From positions 61,327 through 125,326 of the forward strand of contig JAQWNW010000007.1 in NCBI GenBank assembly GCA_029246285.1: a stretch of DNA of 64,000 nt, given 5' to 3'. Below are positions 28,846 through 38,629 of the stretch, one piece after another; position 1 is the stretch's first letter, and each line of letters starts with the position of its first letter. This DNA comes from Paracoccaceae bacterium. GTDB taxonomy: Bacteria > Pseudomonadota > Alphaproteobacteria > Rhodobacterales > Rhodobacteraceae. The notes under the pieces were generated by a model. That model was not told where the DNA came from and did no database searches. It was given only the letters and a program-made list of their open reading frames with translations. Both the position numbers and the translations under genes were made by a program.

Positions 28846-28911
28846 TAAAATTCTCTTAATGTATTTTGTTAATTATAAAATAACTACTTAAAGGCCCGGT
28901 GAGATTACTTA

Positions 28912-29856
28912 ATGACAAACCAAATAATTGAATTGATTTCAATAAAAGAAGAAACTCCCAATATAAAAAGATTTGTTTTCCAACTGCCTGAAAGCAAGAA
29001 TTTTTCATGGTCAGCGGGAGCTCATATAAGAGTACTTTTGCCAACTGGAGAAAGCCGGGCATATTCTCTTCTCGATTTGAAAGAACTAAAAAAAAATCAA
29101 ATTGCTATTGGTGTTTTATTGGAGGATAAGAGCTCCGGTGGCTCTAAATATATGCACTCACTATCAGAAGGAGATGAAATTGAAATATCTTCCCCAACCA
29201 ATAATTTTGAATTAACTGACAGCTCTTCAGATGATGTGCTTATCGCGGGAGGGATTGGTATAACCCCACTTCTATCGATGGCTACAAAATTGAACAAAGA
29301 AAACAAAAAATATACTTTACATTATGCTGGGCGGCAAAAAAATTCATTAGCATTTGTAAGTGATCTTTTGGAATTGTGCGGTGAAAACTTATATCTACAC
29401 TATGATAACGATAATTCAGCAATAAATTTAAGATCCATTATTGAAGGTTCCTCTACTGGATCAAATATTTATGTGTGCGGACCCGCTGGGATGATAGAAG
29501 CCACAAAAGGCATTGCAATTGAATTGGACTTACCTAACGAAAAAATAAAATACGAATTATTCAAAACAGATAATGAACAAAATGAAGATGAGGCTTTTGA
29601 GGTACAAATCCATGCAACTGGACAAATAATCCAAGTTAATGCCGATCAATCAATCATAGAGGCCTTAGAAAAAGCTGGTTTAGACCCGCTATATGACTGT
29701 CAAAGAGGTGATTGTGGAATTTGTCAATGTGAAGTAATCTCTGGTACACCTGATCATCGCGATATAATATTAACGGAGGAAGAAAAAGCATCTAATTCTA
29801 TTATGCAAATATGCGTATCGCGTGCTAAATCCAAACGACTAGTTATTGACATCTAA
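28912..29856 (+). CDS. PDR-type oxygenase reductase (FNR-like flavin/NAD domains + C-terminal plant-type 2Fe-2S)
   Basis: 314 aa. RAYSL flavin motif, GGIGITP NAD motif, C-terminal CQRGDCGICQC. Confidence 0.9.
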   Translation: MTNQIIELISIKEETPNIKRFVFQLPESKNFSWSAGAHIRVLLPTGESRAYSLLDLKELKKNQIAIGVLLEDKSSGGSKYMHSLSEGDEIEISSPTNNFELTDSSSDDVLIAGGIGITPLLSMATKLNKENKKYTLHYAGRQKNSLAFVSDLLELCGENLYLHYDNDNSAINLRSIIEGSSTGSNIYVCGPAGMIEATKGIAIELDLPNEKIKYELFKTDNEQNEDEAFEVQIHATGQIIQVNADQSIIEALEKAGLDPLYDCQRGDCGICQCEVISGTPDHRDIILTEEEKASNSIMQICVSRAKSKRLVIDI

Positions 29857-29874
29857 GTTTTAAGGAAAAATCTG

Positions 29875-31221
29875 ATGAACAAATATGAAAATAATGTCAA
29901 AGCGATTCAAGGTTTAGTTAAAAATAAAGCTGTTCATCGCGATGTTTACGTTAATGAAGAAGTTTTCAAACTCGAAATGGAAAATTTATTTCCAAACGTT
30001 TGGATCTTCATTGGTCATGCCAGTCAAATAAAAAATCCTGGTGATTTTATAACTAGCCAAATTGGCAATCAACCAATTTTAGTATCAAGACATCGAGACC
30101 AAACAATTCATGTTTTATACAACAGGTGTCCGCATAAAGGCGTTAAAATAGCGTCCGAACCATGTGGAAATACTGGCAAGTTTTTCCGTTGCCCCTACCA
30201 TGCTTGGTCTTTCAAAACTGATGGTTCTCTTCTGGCTGTGCCACTTAAAAAAGGTTATGATGGCACTGGTTTTTCTGAAGCAACAGCATCAAAAGGACTA
30301 TCAAAAGTAGAAAACGTAAAAATCTATAAAGATTTTATTTTTGCTAGATTAAGTAAAGACGGCCCAACCTTCGAAGATTATTTTGGAGAGGCTCTATCCA
30401 CAATAGATAATATGGTTAATCGTTCACCCACTGGCGCCTTAGAGATTGTAAGCTCTCCGATTAGATACATGCATACATGCAATTGGAAGATGTTAGTTGA
30501 AAATCAAACTGATACTTGTCACCCAATGGTGGCACATGAGAGTAGCGCGGGTACAGCTGTAAAAGTTTGGGAACGGGAAAAAAATATCTCCGGTGATTCT
30601 GAAACTCCCATTGCTGTTCAGTTTTATGCTCCTTTTATGAGTCCATACGAATTTTATGAACGCACTGGAATCAGAATATGGCCGAATGGTCATGGGCATA
30701 CAGGTGTTACCGGTTCTATCCATCAAGATTATACTGACGTCGATGGATACATGTCTCAAATGACAAAAGCGTATGGAGAGAAAAAAGCCAAGGAAATTAT
30801 TAACGATGTGAGACATAACACGGTTTACTTTCCAAATATTATGGTAAAGGGGGCTGTCCAAATTTTGAGAAATTTTATACCAATTAGTGTTGATAAAACT
30901 TTGGTTGAAAGTTGGTGTTTTAAGTTAGTTGGAGCACCAGAAAAATTTTTCGAACGAAGTTTAATGTATAACAGATTCATCAATGCCCCAACCTCCATTG
31001 TGGGACATGACGACTTAGAAATGTACGAAAGGGCTCAAGAGGGTTTGGGTTCAAATGGAAATGAATGGGTTAACTTACAAAGATTGTATGATGAAAACGA
31101 ACAATACGATGTGAGTGAAGTAATTGATGGAACTTCTGAGAGGCAGATGCGAAATCAGTTCAATGCCTGGTCGAAGTTTATGACACTCAATATGAATAAT
31201 GAAGTTGAGGCAGCTGAATGA
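29875..31221 (+). CDS. Rieske aromatic ring-hydroxylating oxygenase, alpha subunit
   Basis: 448 aa with the Rieske motif CPHKG...CPYHAW and a catalytic-domain His/Asp region. Confidence 0.9.
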   Translation: MNKYENNVKAIQGLVKNKAVHRDVYVNEEVFKLEMENLFPNVWIFIGHASQIKNPGDFITSQIGNQPILVSRHRDQTIHVLYNRCPHKGVKIASEPCGNTGKFFRCPYHAWSFKTDGSLLAVPLKKGYDGTGFSEATASKGLSKVENVKIYKDFIFARLSKDGPTFEDYFGEALSTIDNMVNRSPTGALEIVSSPIRYMHTCNWKMLVENQTDTCHPMVAHESSAGTAVKVWEREKNISGDSETPIAVQFYAPFMSPYEFYERTGIRIWPNGHGHTGVTGSIHQDYTDVDGYMSQMTKAYGEKKAKEIINDVRHNTVYFPNIMVKGAVQILRNFIPISVDKTLVESWCFKLVGAPEKFFERSLMYNRFINAPTSIVGHDDLEMYERAQEGLGSNGNEWVNLQRLYDENEQYDVSEVIDGTSERQMRNQFNAWSKFMTLNMNNEVEAAE

Positions 31222-31691
31222 ACAATAAAAACATTATTGATTTTATTTATGAAGAAGCATTTTTACTCGATACGATGCAATGGGAAAGATGGTTAGAGTT
31301 ATATGCTAGCGATGCCCGTTACTGGATGCCTATGGAATGGGATCAACAGGACCCAATAATGCAACAATCTTTGATGTATGAAGATATTTTCTTATTGAAA
31401 GTTCGTGTCGAGCGACTTTCTGGCGAGCGTACTTTTAGCCAGAAACCAAAAAGTAGATGTCATCACTTATTACAAGCCCCAAAAATTATTGATATCGATG
31501 AAGAAGGGCAAACTTGCAAAACAAGAACAGCATTTACTTATACAGAAACGAGGGGAGACATTCTAGAAAGATTTTCAGGTTGGGCGCGTCATGAATTGAA
31601 ACATGAAAATGATGACTTTAAGATCAAATTAAAAAGAATTGATCTGATAAACTTTGATGCTCCCTTTAGCAATATTCAACTCTTTATGTGA
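31218..31691 (+). CDS. Ring-hydroxylating oxygenase beta subunit (SnoaL/NTF2-like)
   Basis: 157 aa. ATGA overlap with alpha. FIYEEAFLLDTMQWERWLELYASDARYWMP is typical of beta subunits. Confidence 0.85.
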   Translation: MNNKNIIDFIYEEAFLLDTMQWERWLELYASDARYWMPMEWDQQDPIMQQSLMYEDIFLLKVRVERLSGERTFSQKPKSRCHHLLQAPKIIDIDEEGQTCKTRTAFTYTETRGDILERFSGWARHELKHENDDFKIKLKRIDLINFDAPFSNIQLFM

Positions 31692-31698
31692 TTTTAGT

Positions 31699-33312
31699 AT
31701 GCTAAACGAGACCGTTTATAAAAGATTTGAAAAAACCACAAAAAACCACAAAAATTTACCATTTGTTCATATTACCTTAGAAACAGCAAGTGCTTACGGC
31801 ATTGAGGCTACAGAGATTTCCTACGGCCAAATGCTAAACTCCGTTAATGAATGGAAGTTAAAATTTGAGAAGGCTGGGTATTCTTATGGTGATAGAATTG
31901 GACTACTTCTTCAAAATAGACCTATATTTTTAGAAATATGGTTAGCTTTAAATTGTATTGGATTATCTGTCGTTCCAATAAATCCAGATTTACGTATATC
32001 TGAGTTAGAATATATAATTGAACATTCAGAGATGAAGTTAATCATTTCAACTGAAAGTAGAATTTTTGAATTAGAAAAAGCTATCAGTAACCAAAAGCTT
32101 GATGTCGACGTCATTTCTTCAAATTGTGAAATACCCGATATTCAAATAAAAGATAATTCCAATATAGCGCCCAATCAATCTACTGAATGCGCACTACTTT
32201 ATACTTCTGGAACGACGGGAAAGCCAAAAGGCTGTATATTAAGCAATGAATATTTTTTAAATTGTGGCGATTGGTACTCAAATATGGATGGCCTGATTAG
32301 CTTGTCTTACGCTCGGGAAAGAATGATCACACCACTTCCACTATTCCATATGAATGCAATGGCTGTTTCCGTAACAGCTATGATAACTGTAGCCGGATGT
32401 TTAGTACTTTTAGATAGGTTTCACCCGAGCACATGGTGGAAATCAGTCAGGGAGAGTGAAGCTACTTGTATTCATTACCTCGGTATTATGCCATCAATTC
32501 TTATGAATAACCCTATCAAAACAACTGATAAAGATCACAGTGTAAGGTTTGGATTTGGTGCGGGTATAGATCAAAAATTGCATAATAGTTTTGAAGAGAG
32601 ATTTGGTTTCCCTCTAATTGAAGGTTGGGCTATGACAGAAACAGGTAGTGGAGGAACAATCAGTGCACATAAAGAACCTAGAAAAATAGGACTTTCTTGC
32701 TTCGGGAAACCAGAAAATGATGTTGAGATAAAAATCATAGATGAATACGGAAATGATGTTGGCCCTAATTTGCCTGGAGAACTTTTAGTAAGACGAAATG
32801 GAAAAAACAAAAAGTATGGGTTTTTTTCAGGCTACCTCAAGAACGACCTTGCAACTAAAGAAGTATGGAAAAATGGCTGGTTCAATACGGGTGATATTGT
32901 AAGGAAAGATGAAACCGGTTCACTGTATTTTATTGATCGGAAAAAAAACATCATCAGACGATCTGGCGAAAACATTGCAGCTGTTGAAGTAGAGTCAATT
33001 TTAAATAGGCACCCAAATGTAAAAATTTGCGCTGCAGTGGCTGTTCCAGACAAACTGCGTGAAGAAGAGGTTGGTGTTTTTATAATTCTTAACGAAAGCG
33101 AAAACACTCGCAGTACTGCAAATAAAATTGTCAAGTGGGCTCTCACTCAGATGGCTTATTATAAAGTGCCTGGTTATATATCATTTACTAATGAACTGCC
33201 ATTGACTGGAACTCAAAAAGTAAGAAGAGGCGATCTAAAAAATCTCGTAAAAAATACATTAAGAAATGACGGCTTCTATGACATGAGAAACCTTAAAAGA
33301 AGACAAGTATGA
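31699..33312 (+). CDS. AMP-dependent (aryl/acyl)-CoA ligase
   Basis: YTSGTTGKPKGC, GWAMTET, TGDIVRKDETGSLYFIDRKKN. Start placed at ATG 31699 (MLNETVYKRF); the track start 31654 would overlap the beta subunit by 38 nt. The start is uncertain. Confidence 0.85.
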   Translation: MLNETVYKRFEKTTKNHKNLPFVHITLETASAYGIEATEISYGQMLNSVNEWKLKFEKAGYSYGDRIGLLLQNRPIFLEIWLALNCIGLSVVPINPDLRISELEYIIEHSEMKLIISTESRIFELEKAISNQKLDVDVISSNCEIPDIQIKDNSNIAPNQSTECALLYTSGTTGKPKGCILSNEYFLNCGDWYSNMDGLISLSYARERMITPLPLFHMNAMAVSVTAMITVAGCLVLLDRFHPSTWWKSVRESEATCIHYLGIMPSILMNNPIKTTDKDHSVRFGFGAGIDQKLHNSFEERFGFPLIEGWAMTETGSGGTISAHKEPRKIGLSCFGKPENDVEIKIIDEYGNDVGPNLPGELLVRRNGKNKKYGFFSGYLKNDLATKEVWKNGWFNTGDIVRKDETGSLYFIDRKKNIIRRSGENIAAVEVESILNRHPNVKICAAVAVPDKLREEEVGVFIILNESENTRSTANKIVKWALTQMAYYKVPGYISFTNELPLTGTQKVRRGDLKNLVKNTLRNDGFYDMRNLKRRQV

Positions 33313-34487
33313 AGCGTTATCAAAAATCATATGAAGGTGTTTCTTTATGTGCTCCGATTACAATTCCATATAGAAGGTATTCTCCTGAAACTGCTCATTG
33401 GTGGGCTGGTGCTGCTCTAAAAGAGCTGAGTCTTCAAACCAATCTTACAGCAAACGACATTGATGGAGTTATTTTTTCTAGTTTCTCCTCTAATCCAGAT
33501 ACAGTCGTAGGAATTGTTCAACACTTAGGTTTAAGTCCTACCTGGATGGACAATATCCCGACAGGAGGTGCAAGTGGAGTTATGGCAATTCGAAGAGCGG
33601 CCCGAGCGGTTCAATCTGGTGATGCTAATATTGTTGTATGTATCGCTGCTGATACAAACCATATCGATAGTTTTCAAAAAACATTGGATACATTTTCACG
33701 ATTCTCTCAAGATGCCACATACCCCTACGGTCAAGGAGGGCCGAATGCAACATTTGCTATAATGACTGAATATTTCATGAGGAAGTTTAATTTAACAAGA
33801 GAAGAGTTTGGGAAAATAGCAATCGCGCAAAGACAAAATGCTAGCACAAATCCAATTGCCCTGATGAAAAAACCATTAAACATGAACCAATATCTGGACG
33901 CTAAACCAATCGCTAATCCACTTCATCTTTTTGATTGTGTAATGCCTTGTGCAGGTGCCGAAGCCTTTGTAGTTACCACACCAGAAGTCGCTGAAAAATT
34001 TAATCTATCTACAGTTAAAGTTCTTAGCACAATTGAAAGACATAATGCTTTTTCAGAAGATCATATCCAATATCGTGGAGGTTGGGTCAAAGATATTGAT
34101 GATCTCTGGTCCTCATCAAATTACAACCCATCAGATATAAATTTTGCTCAGGTATATGATGACTATCCAGTAATTGTAGCGATGCAACTTCAAGATCTTG
34201 GGTTTTGTGAAAATGGCAAGATAAAGCAATTTATAAATGACACAGATTTTACGATAATGGGAGATTTACCTTTGAATACAAATGGCGGTCAACTATCTGC
34301 AGGTCAAGCTGGAGCCGCCGGGGGGTATCAAAATGTCACAGAAGCATTGAGACAATGCATAAAACAACCGCTAGGGCAACAAATCCCAAATTCTACAAAG
34401 GGGTTAATTTCTGGATTTGGCATGGTAAATTATGACAGAGGTGTATGTACGGGGGCTGCCATAATAAAAACAGATACAATTAGATGA
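33309..34487 (+). CDS. SCPx/nsLTP-type thiolase-like protein
   Basis: 392 aa thiolase-fold with C-terminal NTNGGQLSAGQAGAAGG. ATGA overlaps with both neighbours, and it is paired with a DUF35 gene as in other SCPx-thiolase systems. Confidence 0.8.
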   Translation: MKRYQKSYEGVSLCAPITIPYRRYSPETAHWWAGAALKELSLQTNLTANDIDGVIFSSFSSNPDTVVGIVQHLGLSPTWMDNIPTGGASGVMAIRRAARAVQSGDANIVVCIAADTNHIDSFQKTLDTFSRFSQDATYPYGQGGPNATFAIMTEYFMRKFNLTREEFGKIAIAQRQNASTNPIALMKKPLNMNQYLDAKPIANPLHLFDCVMPCAGAEAFVVTTPEVAEKFNLSTVKVLSTIERHNAFSEDHIQYRGGWVKDIDDLWSSSNYNPSDINFAQVYDDYPVIVAMQLQDLGFCENGKIKQFINDTDFTIMGDLPLNTNGGQLSAGQAGAAGGYQNVTEALRQCIKQPLGQQIPNSTKGLISGFGMVNYDRGVCTGAAIIKTDTIR

Positions 34488-35722
34488 CAAAACAAAAAAA
34501 ATACCTAACAAAAAAGAATCCGTTGGTTAAATCTAAAATTAATCATGTTTCCTCTCACTTAAGAAGTCGAGCTACAAAGGCTTTAGCCTGCCATGCTGCA
34601 AAAGGTGATTTTGTTTTACAAGAATGTTCTGAATGCCAATATATTAGCTACCCTCCTCGTGATCGATGCCCTAAATGTTGGGGTGTATTGACCTGGAAAC
34701 ATCAAAAACGACATGCAACTCTGTTAGCTGAAACAACCATTCATTCGACAACTGATCTTTATTTTCGGGAACACGTTCCTTGGCGAATTGGCACAATTCT
34801 ACTCGATGTTGGTCCAACAGCTTTTGCTCATTTACATTCTAATGTACAAGTTGGAGATAAATTAAAAATACATGTAATGTTAGATCGAAGTGGAAACCCA
34901 GCTCTCTTTGCAATGCCAAGAAAGGTTACCGTCAATATGGAAGAAGATTATCAGTATAGTCAGTTTACTGCCTCACCAAAAGGCAAGCGTATCCTAATAT
35001 CTGATGGGCGAACTGAAATTGGTCAAAAACTAACCTACGAATTAATTAAAGCAGGCGCAGAAATCGTTTATCTTGGTAATGCAGACTCAAATCTGCGATT
35101 TAAAGGACAAGACTCTATTTCTAAACATAAAAACGTTAAAATTATTCCCCTAAACTTACTTAGTACAAAAAGCGTAAAAAAATGTTCTCAACAATATGGA
35201 GGTAAAGTTGATATCTTGATAAATACAGCCTCTTATGTTCGCTCAGGCTCTATTGCTTTCAGTGGCAAGATTACCGAAATGCAAAATGCTATTGATTTGA
35301 ATGTTAACGGCTTAACAAGGTTGGCAAAGGCATTCTGCCCAGCAATGAGCGCAAGATCGGGCGATGAAGAAAGGCCAGCAATAGCTTTTTTAGATATATT
35401 ATCTATTTTTTCTTTAACTAGCCATCCAGACTACGCCAGTTTGGCCGCAAGTTCTGCTGCACGACTTTCTATAATCAATAGCCTAAGATCAGAAATGAGT
35501 CTTAGTGGCCTTAAAGTATTTAGTACTCTAATTGGACCTATCGAAGATGAATGGCATCAAGACATACCTCCACCTAAAGTCACGGCAGAACAAATTGCCA
35601 AATCAGTAATTACCTCTCTAAAGAATGGACAAGAGTTAACACTAGTGGGTAATGTTGCAAAAGATATTTTTGAAAAATGGTCAGCTAACCCTCTTTTAAC
35701 AATGAGAGAAACAATTAAATGA
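34484..35722 (+). CDS. DUF35 (Zn-ribbon + OB-fold) fused to a degenerate SDR-like domain
   Basis: 412 aa. Zn-ribbon is CSEC...CPKC (C48/C51/C62/C65), followed by an OB-fold to ~aa 147. Residues 168-400 are SDR-like, but the Gly motif reads ISDGRTEIG and the YxxxK reads YASLA (no Lys). Confidence 0.75.
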   Translation: MTKQKKYLTKKNPLVKSKINHVSSHLRSRATKALACHAAKGDFVLQECSECQYISYPPRDRCPKCWGVLTWKHQKRHATLLAETTIHSTTDLYFREHVPWRIGTILLDVGPTAFAHLHSNVQVGDKLKIHVMLDRSGNPALFAMPRKVTVNMEEDYQYSQFTASPKGKRILISDGRTEIGQKLTYELIKAGAEIVYLGNADSNLRFKGQDSISKHKNVKIIPLNLLSTKSVKKCSQQYGGKVDILINTASYVRSGSIAFSGKITEMQNAIDLNVNGLTRLAKAFCPAMSARSGDEERPAIAFLDILSIFSLTSHPDYASLAASSAARLSIINSLRSEMSLSGLKVFSTLIGPIEDEWHQDIPPPKVTAEQIAKSVITSLKNGQELTLVGNVAKDIFEKWSANPLLTMRETIK

Positions 35723-36522
35723 CATCGAAAGAAAACATATTAATTAGTCTTGCTGAAAAGATTTCAAATGAAGACATAAGAATAATAGATTTAACCAATA
35801 CTTTAAGTTCAGAATTTCCCGTGATTGTTTTGCCACCTGAATTTGGTCAATGTGATCATTTTTCGATGGAAACAATATCCAAATATGATGATAATGGCCC
35901 TGCTTGGTACTGGAATAAAATCTCAATGAATGAACACACAGGAACACACTTTGATGCTCCTGCGCATTGGGTAACTGGCAAAGACCTCCCCAATAATAGC
36001 GTTGACTCAATTCCCTTGAAAAATTTTATGGCACCTGCAGTCGTAATTGATATCAGTAAAGAGTGTGCGAAAAATTCTGATTTCCTTATTACAAAGAAAT
36101 TCCTTATAGGTTGGGAAGAGCAGTATGGGCAAATTCCAAAAAACCATTGGATCGCGCTAAGGACTGATTGGCACAAATTTGTTGGTAGCCCCAAATATCT
36201 CAACATGCAAAATGATGGGGCTCACTCCCCGGGACCAGATAAATCAGCGGTTGAATATTTAGTCCACGAAAAAAATTGTATTGGGTTGGCAGTCGAAACA
36301 GTTGGGACCGATGCAGGACAAGCATTTGATTTTGACCCACCTTTACCTGCTCATTCAATTTTGCATGGCAATGGCAAATATGGTTTGCAATGCTTAAGAA
36401 ATTTAGACAAGTTACCTACTTTCGGTAGTATTATTGTTGCCAACCCTTTAAAAATAGAAAACGGCTCAGGAAGTCCTTTGAGAGTTTTCGCATTGGTTGA
36501 TGGTCAAAATGATGAATTATAA
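35719..36522 (+). CDS. Cyclase-family protein (kynurenine-formamidase-like metal hydrolase)
   Basis: 267 aa with the HTGTHFDAPAHW signature. Confidence 0.85.
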   Translation: MTSKENILISLAEKISNEDIRIIDLTNTLSSEFPVIVLPPEFGQCDHFSMETISKYDDNGPAWYWNKISMNEHTGTHFDAPAHWVTGKDLPNNSVDSIPLKNFMAPAVVIDISKECAKNSDFLITKKFLIGWEEQYGQIPKNHWIALRTDWHKFVGSPKYLNMQNDGAHSPGPDKSAVEYLVHEKNCIGLAVETVGTDAGQAFDFDPPLPAHSILHGNGKYGLQCLRNLDKLPTFGSIIVANPLKIENGSGSPLRVFALVDGQNDEL

Positions 36523-37237
36523 GACAACATTAATTACGGGCGGAAACTCAGGTATTGGTGCCCAAATTGCCAAAAATTTATTAGTTAAAGGTGAAAAAGT
36601 AATCAGTCTAGGTCTTGCTATACCTAATTGGACTCATGAAAATCTAACAAGCTATGAAGCTGACTTAACCAATAAAGATCAAACAAAAAATATAGCCAAT
36701 ATAATCTCTTCTGAACACGAAGTGGATAATATCATACATAATGCTGGAATGATTAAACCGAACTTACTTCCCGATGTAGAAGAAAATGATATGGACCAAT
36801 TAAGCCAATTACATCTTGCGGCACCAATTCTCCTTACTCAAGCAATACTTCCAAATATGAAGAAAAATAAAACTGGTAGAATTATATTTATAAGCTCTAG
36901 AGCGTCTATGGGCATGCAAACTAGGTCGGTTTACTCAGCAACAAAAGCAGGTATTCATGGTTTAGCTAGAACTTGGGCATTAGAGCTCGCAGAAAGTCAA
37001 ATAACAGTCAATGTAATTGCACCAGGGCCAATTTTAACGCAAAATTTTTGGGATTTAGTGCCAAAAAAAAGTAAATTAGAGGATCAAATCTCTAATAACA
37101 TTCCAATTGGCCGCATCGGAAAAGTAGACGATGTAGCTAATGCTGTCGAATTTTTTCTAAGTGAAACCTCTGGCTTTGTGACCGGTCAAGTATTGTATGT
37201 GTGTGGCGGGACTAGCCTAAAGGGTTTAGGAACTTGA
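36509..37237 (+). CDS. SDR-family oxidoreductase
   Basis: TLITGGNSGIGAQIA, NAG, YSATKAGIHGL. The start is ambiguous (TTG 36497, ATG 36500/36509/36512) and overlaps the cyclase stop. Confidence 0.85.
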   Translation: MMNYKTTLITGGNSGIGAQIAKNLLVKGEKVISLGLAIPNWTHENLTSYEADLTNKDQTKNIANIISSEHEVDNIIHNAGMIKPNLLPDVEENDMDQLSQLHLAAPILLTQAILPNMKKNKTGRIIFISSRASMGMQTRSVYSATKAGIHGLARTWALELAESQITVNVIAPGPILTQNFWDLVPKKSKLEDQISNNIPIGRIGKVDDVANAVEFFLSETSGFVTGQVLYVCGGTSLKGLGT

Positions 37238-37337
37238 GTTTTCAATTTATCTTGTTAGTTAATCATTTTCTTTGTACGCCTCAAATATCTTAACAATTCT
37301 TCTGGAAATTTGATCAAATTGGGACAGCGATAATTTA

Positions 37338-38597
37338 ATGACTATATGGCATCCAACTGACAATTCATACGCTGATATTACTAGCCATGATACTTTTACA
37401 AATGGTGTCCCCCATAATACATTCGCAAGGCTACGAACAGAGGACCCAATACATTGGACCAAATATAAAGATGGTATAGGATTTTGGTCTATTACTAGAC
37501 ATGAAGACATATCACTAATGATAGGAAATACTGAAACCTTTACCTCTGAGTATGGTATTCGCATGGAAGACCAAAGCTATGAAGAATACTTAGCTCGACG
37601 AACATTTCAAGAAATAGACGGCATGCAACATAGGAACTTAAGAATGAAGGTTGCTAAGGCCTTTTCAGGCCCTGTCATCAGGGAGTTTGAATATAGTATC
37701 CGGGATCTTTGTTCTAAAATCCTCGATGATGTTTTTGTAGATTCAGAATTCGATGCTGTGGAGAAAATAGCTCGGGAGCTACCAATGAAAATGCTTGGAC
37801 GAATAATTGGTTTACCTGAAGAAGATTTGCCATGGTTAGTCGAAAAAGGTGACGCCTTAATCGCAAATACAGACCCAGACTTTACTGATCATGTACTCGA
37901 TAAATTAGATACGGATAAATTCAGGATGATGCCTCATAATTCTCCAGCAGGAGCAGATTTATATCTATATGCTGAAGACCTGATGAAGAAAAAAAAACAA
38001 TCAGGAGATACTAACGGTATTTTAAGTATGATTGTTGAACCTAATGAAGATGGTTCAAAAATATCTGAGATAGAATTTAAAAACTTTTTTTGCCAACTTG
38101 TAGCAGCAGGTAATGATACGACACGATATTCGATAGCAGCAGGAATTCATGCTCTGTGTCACCAAACAGAACTATTGGCCAAAATGCAAGGTGACCCCAA
38201 GATCTGGGACACTGCACCAGATGAAATAATTCGTTGGGCTAGTCCAGTAAATTATTTTAGAAGAACTGCTAGAAAGGACTTTGAAATTCATAACAAGATA
38301 ATTAAATCTGGTGACAAAGTATTATACTGGTTCGCTTCGTCAAATAGAGATGTTAAGAAATTTGGTAATCCTTTCAAAGTAGATCTTTATAGAAAGCCGA
38401 ACAATCACCAAGCGTTTGGCCAGGGTGGCCCTCATATTTGCTTAGGTATATGGCTTGCTAGATTAGAAATAAAATGCTTATTTCAAGAATTTTCAAAAAG
38501 AGTCAGCAAAATTACTCAAACTGACAATCATGAGTTCTTAAGATCAAATTTTATCAATGGTATTAAAAAATTACCAGTAAATATAAAATTACAATAA
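37338..38597 (+). CDS. Cytochrome P450
   Basis: 419 aa. AGNDTT I-helix motif, ExxR (EIIRW), heme loop FGQGGPHICLG. Confidence 0.9.
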   Translation: MTIWHPTDNSYADITSHDTFTNGVPHNTFARLRTEDPIHWTKYKDGIGFWSITRHEDISLMIGNTETFTSEYGIRMEDQSYEEYLARRTFQEIDGMQHRNLRMKVAKAFSGPVIREFEYSIRDLCSKILDDVFVDSEFDAVEKIARELPMKMLGRIIGLPEEDLPWLVEKGDALIANTDPDFTDHVLDKLDTDKFRMMPHNSPAGADLYLYAEDLMKKKKQSGDTNGILSMIVEPNEDGSKISEIEFKNFFCQLVAAGNDTTRYSIAAGIHALCHQTELLAKMQGDPKIWDTAPDEIIRWASPVNYFRRTARKDFEIHNKIIKSGDKVLYWFASSNRDVKKFGNPFKVDLYRKPNNHQAFGQGGPHICLGIWLARLEIKCLFQEFSKRVSKITQTDNHEFLRSNFINGIKKLPVNIKLQ

Positions 38598-38629
38598 GTA
38601 ACTTAACACAAAAGTTTCGATATTAGTCT

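Noticed and set aside
14145-38597. Catabolic region as a mobile genomic island
   Set aside because: I found no integrase, transposase, tRNA attachment site or flanking direct repeats, and composition looks similar to the flanks by eye. I cannot compute skew or k-mer statistics here.
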